DNA of 63,467 bases, the filler included, from Folioceros fuciformis (lineage: Eukaryota), in NCBI GenBank assembly GCA_049999805.1. It is 16 parts of 16 records of this genome, joined end to end, with 100 filler letters (N's around TTAATTAATTAA, not from the genome) between each part and the next. Parts side by side here need not be neighbours in the genome. Positions count along the whole stretch, not along the records: positions 36,512 to 40,284 come from JBNGIO010003736.1; positions 40,385 to 48,195 come from JBNGIO010003737.1; positions 48,296 to 52,990 come from JBNGIO010003738.1; 13 more parts are not named here. The stretch is one strand, 5' to 3'. This document shows, one piece after another, positions 39,026 through 51,000 of this stretch (its first letter is position 1; each line of letters starts with the position of its first letter). Made by a program: the position numbers and the translations under genes. The notes below the pieces were generated by a model. It was given only the letters and a program-made list of their open reading frames with translations. It ran no database searches and was not told where the DNA came from.

Positions 39026-40284
39026 TGTGGAGGCAAAACCCCGGGCATTGATTGCCGACGGGTTCCACCTTTAGTGGCCACACTTATCCCACTGTCGTTG
39101 AGACATTGGGTTCTGTTCCCACGAAGGAGCGATGGGGTTCCTTGCTGCTGTGGATGGAGGGTCGGACTCAATCGACTCGATGATGGATTTGAGGGCTCCC
39201 TCTAGCTTCGATCAGGCGTAGGACGGGCCTCGCTGTCCAGCGGTCAGCTGCACCTCTTTTGGTGCCCACAAACTCACTCCAGTCACTACAACGACCCTGA
39301 CCTCTGAGATCTGCAACTTCCCTCACTCACTCTCTCGCTCCAACACCAACACCAGCAACTAACAACGACACCACTATCTTCTACACTTCCCTACTAACTC
39401 GTCCTACCCGGCAAGAGTCACTGGACTAACCCCAAAGAAAAGAAAGAAGGGAACACACTCCCCTCTCGAATATCTCCTCCCCACAACCTTACCAGACGCC
39501 ATGAAACATGACCGGCCTACAGCACTTGTCCAAACAGGGAACAAGAGTGGACAGGTCGAGAGAAAGACACATCCTTTACAATCAAGAGCTAGGGGCAAGC
39601 CCCTTCACCCTGGTCATTACACCTTGTGATCCTACCAGACACTGTACAACCGGCAACACGCGGCTTGCGATCCTACTAGACGTTGCACAGCCGGCAACAC
39701 ACTGCAGGTCCTAAACCAAGCAGGGACAGACCACAAGAGCTCGTGTAGAGAGTACCTCCAAGAGCTCACGAAGTGATAGACTGACTCCCAAAGTGAATGA
39801 CTACTTCCTCCTATAGGCTCACCTGATCTTATAGGAGCCTCTCTCTCTCTGACTTCACCTCTCTCTAGCTTGACAAATATTATTTTAATAGGACCACTAG
39901 CCTAGCCAGCTATCACCAGCCACTTATTTAGACTTCTAGCACATCCTGCCACCAATGAGCTGGCCCTACCACCACAAGGATCTACCACCTCTTAGACTAT
40001 CCTGAGGCTTCGGAGGATGTCTGATCTTCAAAGATCTGCGGACGCCGTCTCTTCCTTGCTAGATGGCCGCCCGCTAAGTCTTCCCCTGCAACTGTTCATC
40101 CTTGGTGGCTGAGCCAACCTCTAGGGGAGGAGTATGAGTAGTGGGAAAGATAGAGAGGAGGTAAGAAGCAATGGGACCAGCAGCCGGAACTTGGCCTGAA
40201 AACGATAGCTTATTCAGCGGAATCAGCTTCCAGCCAAAATGGTTCCTCGGCCATGGAAGATTGACCCTGGGGTGCTGGAATAGG
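39026..40284 (+). mobile_element. Family B LTR-like repeat (over 1.25 kb)
   Basis: TG terminus; high similarity to 53446-54748 (-). Confidence 0.82.
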
Positions 40285-43175
40285 NNNNNNNNNNNNNNNN
40301 NNNNNNNNNNNNNNNNNNNNNNNNNNNNTTAATTAATTAANNNNNNNNNNNNNNNNNNNNNNNNNNNNNNNNNNNNNNNNNNNNTTGAATGGATGAGAAG
40401 CCCAAACACTAATCTCTCAATTACTTACCCTAGTATAAGCATCTTGAATGGATGAGAAGCCCAAACACTAATCTCTCAATTACTTACCCTAGTATAAGCA
40501 TCTTTGTGTAATATTATTTTTTTTCTTTTTATCTTATCATTAAAAAGATTTTTTTTCTTACTACTTAGTTCGCGTTGTATATTGAATTCTACCCAATAAA
40601 GACAAGACCTAAGAAGATGAAATTTTATAGTTGAGCACTATAAATAATCTAATATAATATATCCAAAAAAGAAATACATGAGTACCTCCAATTGTGTAGA
40701 ATTAGAAGCCTTTTGTGTGTGAGGATATTCTTAGTTTATTTAATGTTCACAGCTAGGTATGCTTGCTAGCTAAACACATGTCAAGTCAAAAGGCTTAACA
40801 GACAGAGAGCTAAGAAAAACTTTTGCAATTTGAATTTGCGTCTTGTTCTTCACCAAGACACATATTGTACATAAAAACTAAAACTCAAAACCAAAAAATA
40901 AACTTGAAAATTGATTTCGAGTCTTATGAACAAAATGAGAGAAGGACACATCCTTCCTACAATATGGGGAATATGAGAAAAGGGCACCTACCACATGTGT
41001 TGCTCTCTTGCTCGTATAATCCAAAGCTCTCATGTGCATGCTCCTATGCTCCAAAGCTCTCAAGCTTTCACACTCCCTTGCTCTCACATGTTCCCACTTC
41101 CAAGCTTTGAATTTCCACGCTTAAGCTCTCGTATGATGCACTCATGATTCCAAGTTCTCATCTCATGCACTCATGATTCCAANNNNNNNNNNCATGATTC
41201 CAAGTTCTCATCTCATGCACTCATGATTCCAAGTTCTCAATGCCTTGTTCTGTCTCGCAGGCTCTTGTTCCCAAGCTCTCAAAGTGCTACTCTCAAAGTT
41301 ATTCCATACTTGGTTAATAGAAGAAGTGATAGCTTTTTTTTTCTCAATTGCCATATCACAATGATGAGGCTGTGATTTTAGGGTGGCTGTGATTTTAGGG
41401 TCTAAAAGTCATTACGAAGTAACACAAAATAAACAGTTAGATATCTCTCAAGTTTCCCAATTGGTTCGAAGAGGTAACTTCTGCACTTATCTATGCATAC
41501 CATGAGATGTATCTTGTGCATCTTTGAGCTAGAAACTTGGGAAACAAGCACTAATTTGAAATTGACATGGAAGTGATTAACTTTTGTTAATTTGATAGCC
41601 TATGATACAAGAAGTGCAAGAGAATCTAATGAGAAGGTACTACAAGGAGAAGAAGTGGAGGTCAAGTATTGGTTAGATGAACTTTACTAGCTTTATTTCT
41701 AAGCTATGGTTTCAATTTGTGAAGGGAACTTCAAGTTAGTAAATATTCCTCAAGCTCAAAATTTAGGGAGTTGTTTTGGTATCATTCCACAAAGTGATTT
41801 TAGCAATTTCAGCACTTCGCCATTTGACTACATGATACTGACACTGTGGGCACTAAAGAAAACTCTTAAATGCCACTTTCTTATCCATGCTCTCCACTTC
41901 CATCATCATATACTTTTACTTCACCATAACAACCATCAACAATTGCTCCTCCCAAATATGGGCTAGACCTCTTGTGTTCCTTTCGGGTGCTATTCACATT
42001 CTAAACCATTCTATCACATTCATCACCATCATATCTATGGATATGTCATGTCCCTCTTCATGTAATGAATATGGATTTGCATGCATGTCCCTAAGTTATG
42101 TCTTGTTCACCACAATACAAAAGTTGTGCGGGGCACACCATGCAATCACAAACTCAAAAAGCTTACTTCAATTGCACTTTCAAGTTCTTCAAAATTCTCT
42201 ACTTGCACCATAAAAACCTAACTACAATCTATTACTATTGTGCGATCACAGTTTTTCTTTATTTAGCCATCATAATAACAACTATAATCGCCCCATTTCT
42301 CTTGCCCTTACTTTGTGAAAGGCCTCTCAACCCGATCAATGGGCACTTTTTTACCCACTTTAAGCATTTAATGTTCCCAAAAAGGCTTTGTACAACTCAC
42401 CCTTAATAAAAAAAATGTCTAAGCACTCTGAATTAGTGGTTCATTATTTTTAGGAAAAATTAATTTACCAAAAAACAGGCCGCTCTACCCTTGCAGTGAT
42501 GAATATTTTAGCACACTTGGTACGACATTCTTTAACATATGTGATTTAAAAATTAAAAAAAAACTTGGTAAACGTATTGCGTATGGCGTATGGCATATTT
42601 CCAATCTCTTACGAGGCTAATATGAGGAGCCTCTTTAATTGGGTACCAACTTCTACCACTCTTCGTATTGAGCAAACGTAAGGCCTTCACCGCGGCACGT
42701 CCACGGTGCCAAGAAATACTTGACAACGTAATCCCTGATACCACAGTTAATCATAATTAAAAATTAATATTTTACCCCGGATATCCCTCAAGTTTTTACA
42801 AAACAAGTATGCTAGCAGAAATTTACATTACCATTTAGAAGCGGGACCATCCTTATTATGGGTTTTTGTAGGCGGTTAGCAGAACATTTTCACCTTGGTG
42901 GGAGAGCTCTTAACCTTGGTGGATACACTTGAGGCGCATCCAGATGTGTCAGGCCCATGATAGGCGTGCAGTAACCCATCCAGGACGACGTTTGTTTTGA
43001 CGGAAAATTGAGCATGAGCCATTGCTTGAAACGACGTCAGAGTCATCCATGATGTGGAGATGATGGGCGCGACTCACAGTGAGCCGGTTGTCCTCCAGCG
43101 GTTGACTGCTACCAGTTTGAAAGCTAGTTGCACCGTATTTACAGAAAACTGTTTTCCTAACGTCACCCCAGGATC

Positions 43176-45014
43176 TCAAATTGAGAGCCTCCCACATAGC
43201 TTCCATTTGGCATCCGGATCAAGCAGCAACTTCTCAAAGACCCAGAAGTCTTCCACTAGAATCTGACAAAAAGAACAAAAGCTCAGAGTTCACGCAGCAT
43301 CATAACCAACCCGATGTCCACCTGGCAACAGAACAGTTGCACTGCATCATACCTGCTTGTCTGGGTCGCCCGCAACTACCTTGCCATGCTTGTCATATGC
43401 CGCGAATTTCTGATGTCAAGCCATCCACCGACATTTAGCACTAGTTGATGGGACGTAACCCACAGGGACCGTGGCTTTCATTAACCTACGTACCTGATTG
43501 CTGAGAATTCTTAAGGTAATCTGTACAAAAGCGTTGTCAGGATTCTTCTGGTCAAACCCAAGCTGTGCAGAGGAGAGTCACAAGGGTCAGCTCTCTAACA
43601 GAAAGCTTAAATGTAAGCTTTGAGGCTGAGCAGCCCCAATGTGATGGAAACTTGTGCAAAGATAAGGATGACAGCCATCAGCATTGACCACTCACCAGTC
43701 GGCCATGGACTGTTCCTACACTCTTTATCGGTCCAGCCAGTTCCCAATGCACCCGGGCCCAATGACTGTTTTCTCTATGCTTGAGCTCCTTCTTCAACGC
43801 CTGTCACGTAAAGAGACCTCCAGACAATATAGATGGTAGCCAAAATGAGCAACAGAAAGGAGAAGACTGCACACACAGCAGCATGCACCAACTTGTTCAG
43901 CTCTACTTATTGAGGAAAATCTGTAACCTCACCGACAGCACATTATCGGTGACGAGGTGTCTCAAGGAAGACCTGTCTCCAGCTGCCAAAGCGCTGCTGA
44001 TCTGAGGGCGAAAACTCCAGCTTCAAAAGAATACTCTAGGCACAACCATATTGCTGTACCATTGGTGCGTGAAAAGGCAAAAATGATTGCAAGTCGAAGT
44101 TACAGACTGTGCCTCTTTGTATAAATCCGTAGCTTCTCGATAGAACTTTTTTTGCGAATAACCTTTAGTCTTCTGGCGCAATCTTGCTATGGTGTAAGCA
44201 GTCTTCAGCTGCAACCAGAAACATAAATGATCTGGTCATGGCTCCCAGTTTTCATATGCCAAGAACCACAAAAAGGTGAAGAGAATGGCCCATATACCAC
44301 TGAGACAATACGAACTTTCCTCTGTTGCCATCCAGCTTTGGTAAACCATCTGTCACAGCACAGCACAGGTACAGTGATTCAAGGAATGCATTCATGAGAA
44401 ACTGTCGACTGCAAGTCAATTGCAAAGAGAGCAGGAAACACACCGTTGAATAAAGGGAAGCGGCGGTGGCGGGCGTGTGTACGGATCCCCAAGAACTCCT
44501 GGACTCCCAACATACAGCTTCAACGTTCCCTGCTTCACCAAAACCGCAAATCTCACTGCTGAAGTCACACAAACGGCACGCAGCTGTGTCGCACTATCGC
44601 ACACAAATTAGGAGGGAGGGATACCCGTTTCTGCAAATGGGCGGGGAGTTGAGTTGCAAGCCCTCGCCTGCTCAGCAGTGTGCTCGCACCGGACGGTAGC
44701 AGCTGGTGCCCATCACTCCGGAATGCCCCCGAGCCAGACAAGCGTAGCAACCCAGCCGCCGATCGGGCCCATTGAACAACGCCCACCCCGGCATGGACTG
44801 CGGAGAAAACGAGATCAGATAATCAGCAGCCCACATGACGTGATTTCCTAACGAAACTTACAGGGCAATCAAACAACGTACAGTCGGCAGCTTTTTGTAG
44901 CAGACAGGCATTCACTTCCCATCTGACCCGGAGCTCCTGGCATGCTATGCGACACCCAGAAGATGAAGAGGAAACACGCAGCAAGCGGGCTGCTGATCGA
45001 GCCCACTGAGCCAT
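43176..45014 (-). CDS. Mitochondrial Tim44-domain protein (mL45/MRPL45-like, At5g27395-type), 10 exons, about 308 aa
   Basis: Exons 45014-44882, 44797-44625, 44529-44444, 44349-44298, 44208-44113, 44001-43933, 43800-43696, 43562-43494, 43409-43353 and 43262-43176 splice in frame (927 nt). Motifs SPGVLGDPY, RWFTKAGW, LKTAYTIARLR, VHWEL, AFVQITL, QKFAAYD..G.VVAGD and DFWVFEK...WKLCGRL. The exon 1/2 junction is less certain than the rest. Confidence 0.9.
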
Positions 45015-45249
45015 TGGGGGTGCGTGACAAACTTAAACCCTAGCTACCAGGTTTTGCCGGTGCCATCCCCAAGACACCCATCTTACAGGGGGGTATATGC
45101 TGTCATGAGCAGGGAGAGGGACAAGGGAGCGAGCATTTCAAGGGTTTCTATCCACCGTTAGCACCAGGAATTGGTTGGCGCTGGGAGCATCGTTTGCTGA
45201 CTCGAGGAAAGCGGGCCTGAGCGAGTTGCTTGAGGCAGTAGGGCAAGCG
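45015..45249. promoter_or_regulatory. Bidirectional promoter/5' UTR region (235 bp ATG to ATG) with a telo-box AAACCCTAG at 45035-45043
   Basis: Divergent start codons at 45014 (-) and 45250 (+). A telo-box and a partial inverted copy (agggttt, 45141-45147) are present. Confidence 0.7.
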
Positions 45250-45917
45250 ATGTCGGAAGAGGAGGTGCAGCCGAGGGATGCAAAGATCGTGAAAACGATT
45301 CTCCAATCCATGGGGGTGGAGCACTACGAGCCGCGAGTGGTGCACCAGTTTCTGGACTTCTCGTACCGGTACGTGCTGGAAGTTCTGGAGGACGCGAACG
45401 TGTACGCCGAGCACGCAGGCAAGGCTGCACTGGACACAGACGACGTCAGGCTCGCGATTCAGGCTAAGGTCAACGTCTCATTCTCGCAGCCCCCTGCACG
45501 CGAGGTAATTGCTCAGCTACCGCTTCCTGGCATCGCAGCTGCGCCCATGAGGCATGGCATGATGACAGGCTTCAGGGACTTGACATTCTCGTCTGTCATT
45601 TCCTGTCCTGCCGTGTGCAGAAACTGATGGAGCTGGCGAAGTTGAGGAACAGCTTACCGCTGCCGACGAGCGTCGGGAGCTCCACACTCGCCCTGCCTCC
45701 CGAGGCGGACTCCCTCATCGCCCCCAACTACCAGCTGGCCGTGCCCTCCCGCCCCGTCCTCGACCGCTTGGACAATGAGCAGGAGCAGGGCAGCAAGAAT
45801 GGAAACGAAGATCGGGACGGGGATGGGCCCGTGTCCCAGCCCACGCAGCTGCAGCGGACAGACCAGGATCGGAAAGTCTCCTTCGCCATCTCCAACAAGA
45901 GGATGAAGTCGGGATAA
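45250..45917 (+). CDS. TAF9: TFIID subunit 9 (TAF9), 2 exons, 183 aa
   Basis: Exons 45250-45504 and 45621-45917 flank a GT-AG intron. Histone-fold motifs [52 protein letters not shown] and LPPE.D.LI.PNYQL. Confidence 0.96.
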
Positions 45918-46394
45918 AATTTCGGGAACATTGAAGCCGCTGGGGCGTACGCACTTTTTATCATCAATTCACGGCGTCATGGAAAGAATATGGGATACGC
46001 ACCTGCCCTACAGCAGGGGTAAACAACCCAACGGAGGCATGAGGCCAGGGGAACTAGCTCATACTGCCTACCAGTGGCGAGGTAGGTACAATGGAAAAAT
46101 ATTATATAAATAGTTTAGGTGGGTATTCCATCTTTATTCATATGTGCACAGGCACGCATGTCCAGGCCGGAGTGATACGGCCTGGAGTGATAGCCCCTAA
46201 GATAATGAATCACCAAAGTAAGAGGCATAAGGACGGCTTCTTCACTTAGAGTCCAGATCATTGGACCTTTATCCATTCCAGCTCTGGTATGGCAGGGGAA
46301 CAAGCTTTCGGCATTTTAAAGGCAAGTGGTGTGTTTTGCTTCAGCATTTGAAAGGTAAGGTGGTGTGTTTTGTTGAAGTGGAGTGATGCTCTCT

Positions 46395-46690
46395 TCAAAA
46401 CATACTTAGCATACACTCAATGTGCATTAAGACCTAGAACATATATATGCTTTAAGAACATATCTAGCATGGACTCAAGGTGTATTAAGACCTAGACCAT
46501 ATCTATGCTTTAAGAACATACCTAGCATGGACTCAACGTGCATTAAGACCTAGAACATACCTAGCATAGACTCAACATGTATCGTGCATTAATACCTAGA
46601 ACATACATAGACTCAAAGTGCATTGCCCATGAAGACCTAGGACGTTCCTAGCATAGACTCAACGCGCATTACACATTGAGACCTAGCATA
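46395..46690 (+). repeat. Degenerate minisatellite (agaacatacctagcatggactcaacgtgcattaagacct-like units)
   Basis: About 6 diverged tandem units. Confidence 0.75.
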
Positions 46691-47034
46691 TCCTACTCTT
46701 GCTCAAGATTCAATTCCAAGCGCTTTGTTTAATGTATGCACCTCGCATTCATATCTTGCTCTTGCTCCAGATTCAATTACAAAGACTTTGTGCAAAGTAC
46801 ACACCAAATGTACTTATGATGTGTCATGTTTGGCTACATCGATAGGGAGATAACCAGATGTAGATAGTGTAGCCAGTACTGAAGAGGATTGAAGTTCACT
46901 TTAAGTCCATACAATCAAATTCAAGAAGAGATACTTGATAAAAGCACCTACTCAACTACCCTACTTACAAAAGCAACTAAGTTTAGGAGTATATGATGGA
47001 GCTAAAGTGAATTGAAGACTCTTACATAGACTGA

Positions 47035-47370
47035 ATACTTAAGTTGCAAGGAAAGAAAAGAAGCACAAGACTCTTATGTGGAGTGAAGACTCAAGTTATA
47101 AGGGAAAAAAAGAAACGTGAGGCTCAAGTTACATGGAAAGAAAAGAAACGTGAGACTCAAGTTACAAGGAAAGAAAAAAAAAACTCAAGTTATGAGGAAA
47201 GAAACGACACGTGAAACTCAAGTTACAAGGAAAGGAAAGAAATATGAGACTCAAGTTACAAGAAAAGGAAAAGCAACGTGAGACTCCTATGTGGAGTGAA
47301 GACTCAAATTACAAGGAAAGGAAAGAAAAGTGAGACTCCTATGTGGAGTGAAGACTGAAGTTACAAGAAC
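47035..47370 (+). repeat. About 33-bp purine-rich minisatellite (gactcaagttacaaggaaagaaaagaaacgtga)
   Basis: About 9 units, some with an extra gactcctatgtggagtgaa insert. Confidence 0.8.
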
Positions 47371-48295
47371 TTCAGTCTTTTCTTTCCTTGCAACTTTATG
47401 ATTTATAAGATATTATAAATTTATATAAGAAGAAAAGAATATTAAGAATAATAATCACTATATATATAAACTCTTAAAAAATAAGTTACTTGTATTAAGG
47501 TGGCTCATAAACCATATCTTCTATAATACCAAGACATATAGATATATGGTGGATAGTCCATTTCAGTTGATTGCTTCCGGATAGGAGACATTTTTTATCT
47601 TTTCTTTTTCACAAACTTTCATTCTTAAAAGAATGTAAAGAATAGTATTTTTATTGCTATGGAGTTGAAGCTATTGGGGTTGGAAGAAATTGCTATCGTG
47701 TGGGAGAAATTTTTTTCTTTCCTTTTTCACAAACTTTCATTCTTAAAAGAATGTAAATCATAATATTGTTATTGCTATAGAGTTGAAGCTATTGGGGTTT
47801 CAAGAAAGTAGTCATAACATATAAAATTATTATCGGCAAGTTCCAAACCATGAACTCTAATCCATTAGAAACGAGATGGAAAATTCTATCTACCTCAAAG
47901 ATGAGGAAGAAAAGGGTAATATATATTATTGAAAAAGAGATAATAATCTAATCTACTTCAAAAATTAAAGAAATAACATGAAGAATGCCAAAGAGCAAAC
48001 ACGTTCTTAGTCTAGCTCCCTTAATATTATTCCCAAAATTACTTATTGCTCCCAAACACTTCTCCCCAAGAAGCTACTTATACTTATGCGTGTATTTTCT
48101 AATTAAATATATATATATAATACAAAATTAATTAATTAAATAATTTATCCTATTTTGTTCCGTGCACCTCAGCCCTAGGAATGATTAAATAGTATNNNNN
48201 NNNNNNNNNNNNNNNNNNNNNNNNNNNNNNNNNNNNNNNTTAATTAATTAANNNNNNNNNNNNNNNNNNNNNNNNNNNNNNNNNNNNNNNNNNNN

Positions 48296-51000
48296 ACATA
48301 CCATACCCCACATATTCCCATTCCTAGGTTCCTCTTATTATTTTATATTTTATATTATTCTATTGTTATTTATTCATTTAATATTATATATCTTTAATTA
48401 ATATTAAACTAATCACACACCTAGACTCAACCTTTCCCGACCCTATGGTTCGGACCTAAACCTTCCCAGGTCTGGGACCAAACCTATACCCACTCTAATA
48501 ACCAAACCAACTATTTACTGGTCTATTAACCTAATTAGCACAAGGAAAAATAGNNNNNNNNNNNNNNNNNNNNNNNNNNNNNNNNNNNNNNNNNNNNNNN
48601 NNNNNNNNNNNNNNNNNNNNNNNNNNNNNNNNNNNNNNNNNNNNNNNNNNNNNTAAGTAGAAAAAGAATACCAAACCATACCATACCACTATTAACCCTT
48701 TTTCAACCAAAACAAACCACTACCCCACACTTTGGAGGTTCACATTCCTCTTGCACAACTTCTTCCACACTTGTTTCACAGCATTTTTAACATTTTTTTT
48801 AAACTGCTTTCCAACATCCAGCAACAAACTGAGAATGATAATTTCATTTATCAACCTTTAACAATTTTTACAGATAGACTTCAATCACACTTCATTACAA
48901 ACGGCTTCCTTATCACACTCACTTCAAAACAATTTTAACTATATCAACTTAACCAATTTTTTTTCAAGTTATTTCACGCTACTGCATCCTCCTCACTACC
49001 GCTGCTCACCAATCCTATATCAACTCCAACGGAAGCAGTTCCAGAAGACAACTTTTCTAAATTTAGCCTATTGTACCTTCTAACCGGAACATCTCCCATC
49101 CCGGCACCCTCACCAACCTTCCATCGTGTGAAACCCTGTCGGTAAGTCCTGCCTCTTCCTGCTTGGTAGTTAGATCTCCTTTTGGGAGGATCTCGCTCGA
49201 GGTAATCCTCCACACTCCTTGGCCCTTTGCTGCTTTTTCGCTTGTTTCCTACACCACCTTCAAGTTGCGCCTGTTCCCCTCTCTTGAGTTGATGGTACTG
49301 ATGCGTCAGGACTTGATATTCCACGTCCAGCTGCTTGCCCTTTAGGGTACCAAAAACAGCTGTAGCCCCTTCTCCGCGAAGCAGTTCTGAGGAAATTAAC
49401 GCCGCTGCTCCACCTCCTCAGCTCGTAAAATTTTCAATGTGACAGCAAGCTGAGCCCTCTGAGCAGTTTGCACCGCGATTTCTTCCTTCAACTTGTCTAT
49501 GTTCCTCTCCACCTTAGCTCGCAACTAAACCAACTCCTCTTTGGAAAATGTGTGGGCTTCTACGAGATTCCACTGTAACTCGCCGCCAGCCTTCAACCCT
49601 TCAGCACCTGCCTCAGGTAACTCTCCCCTTAGCTCCTCGCTTTCCATCTCCTCCTCTTCCCCCGCAACTCTGTCTTTATATTCCTCACTAGACAGTTTCT
49701 CAACCGCTGTTGGTTCGCTGCCGCCTTCTCCCCCGAACCACTTTCTTCTTGTGAAGAAGAACTGAACGTGAATAACCGTCCACGCCTGGGCCTGGGCACA
49801 AACGCGGCCACCTCCTCTAACTGATCCGTCGATGGCGCACCTGCTCCAGTGCCCAAAACCGCTGAAAACTATCACTGCTCTCCTATATGCACGTCGCCCC
49901 TCTTTTCCTCCTCACATCCTCTCTCGCTCACGCTGTTTCCTCCTGCCTCCACCTTTCCCTCCTTTGATTCTTGGCGTTCCACTGAAGCTCTACCTAACGA
50001 TGAGTTTGCCTTCCCACTCTCAACATCTTCCTTCTTGCATCTTGCCGGAGAAAAACTTGCTGTAAACAGACGGCCCGCTGGTGAACTGGCTCTCCCGCTC
50101 ACAACACTCGTTTCTTGCCGTTCTGCTAACGCGACTGTCGCAACAGACGGTTGCGTCTTGGACACTCCCTCCCCGACACTCTGAAGAATCAGACTAGCTC
50201 TACCTTCACCGCCTGTCTCACCTCCGTCTTGAATCATTGACAACGGCTCGGTCTAATTTCTTTTTCCTTCAGCTTTCGCGACTTTCTTCACTGCCGACGC
50301 GCTCGTTGCTTCCACAAACTCCTCAACCGAAATTTGAGCCACGTCCTCTGCCACTGTGCTAGATTCCTTGCCGCTCCACACCTCCTTCACTTCAACCTTC
50401 AGCACAACCGTCTTTCCATCTCCCTTGCTTTCCTCTTGATCTGCTACGCTACCCACGGGTGGCAGCTCACAACCCGGTGGTGGAGGCAAGACGGGCGACC
50501 CACAAACGTTGGCTACAGCATCATGGAGCCGCTCCAGCTGAGGGCTGAGACTGCCTTTCAGCCTCTCCAACTCCTCCATTTGCTCTTGGACTTGTCGCAA
50601 CAGCTGAGCCTTGGTGAGTCTAAGGGTCGGTTTTTGCACGATGTCTTTGACTAGACCCTTCGCCCGCTCCTTCCTCTTGCCTGCCATCCTCGCTGAACTC
50701 AAGAAACCATTGCCACCCTAAAGCTTGCCCCCTTATGATGCTCCATGGATGCCGAACTCAAAGAACGAATTTTCAAAAATTTAAAAACTCCTTAATTCAG
50801 CTCCTTACACTCACTCTGCCTTAAGCTCTCCCCACTCCAGCGACAAGCTCCAAGATCTTGAGTACTTCGTGATCTTGACTACTCCTCACACTTCAACTCA
50901 CCTACAACTTGGCTAGACCCTCACAGCTCACTTAGCAATCGCCCTTGGGTGTAGGTGTTACAAACTTTCACCTTTTTTCGATCTACTCAAAACTTCTTCT
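48296..51000 (-). mobile_element. 3' internal region plus start of the 3' LTR (48744 downward) of a family A element
   Basis: Purine-rich ggaagaagttgtgcaagaggaa lies immediately before TGTGAACC on the minus strand (PPT-like). A decayed ORF lies upstream. The upstream boundary is uncertain. Confidence 0.6.
48974..50702 (-). pseudogene. Decayed ORF of about 570 codons (acidic, coiled-coil) upstream of the family A LTR
   Basis: Pieces 50253-50702, 49872-50243 and 49629-49856 share one frame; 49525-49875 and 48974-49324 follow after shifts. Coiled-coil stretches such as LLRQVQEQMEELERLK and LRAKVERNIDKLKEEIA. Confidence 0.6.

Noticed and set aside
41700-42410. Possible MULE/FAR1-like transposase relic on the minus strand (YSCYYDG...C)
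   Set aside because: Too degenerate; no catalytic motif or TIR could be supported by eye.
45175-45627. 150-aa single-exon TAF9 ORF from a TTG start
   Set aside because: Homology begins at ATG 45250, and the ORF tail reads into the intron (45505-45620).
47035-47370. CRISPR-like periodic repeats of about 33 bp
   Set aside because: The units are contiguous with no unique spacers, there are no cas genes and the context is eukaryotic. It is a minisatellite.
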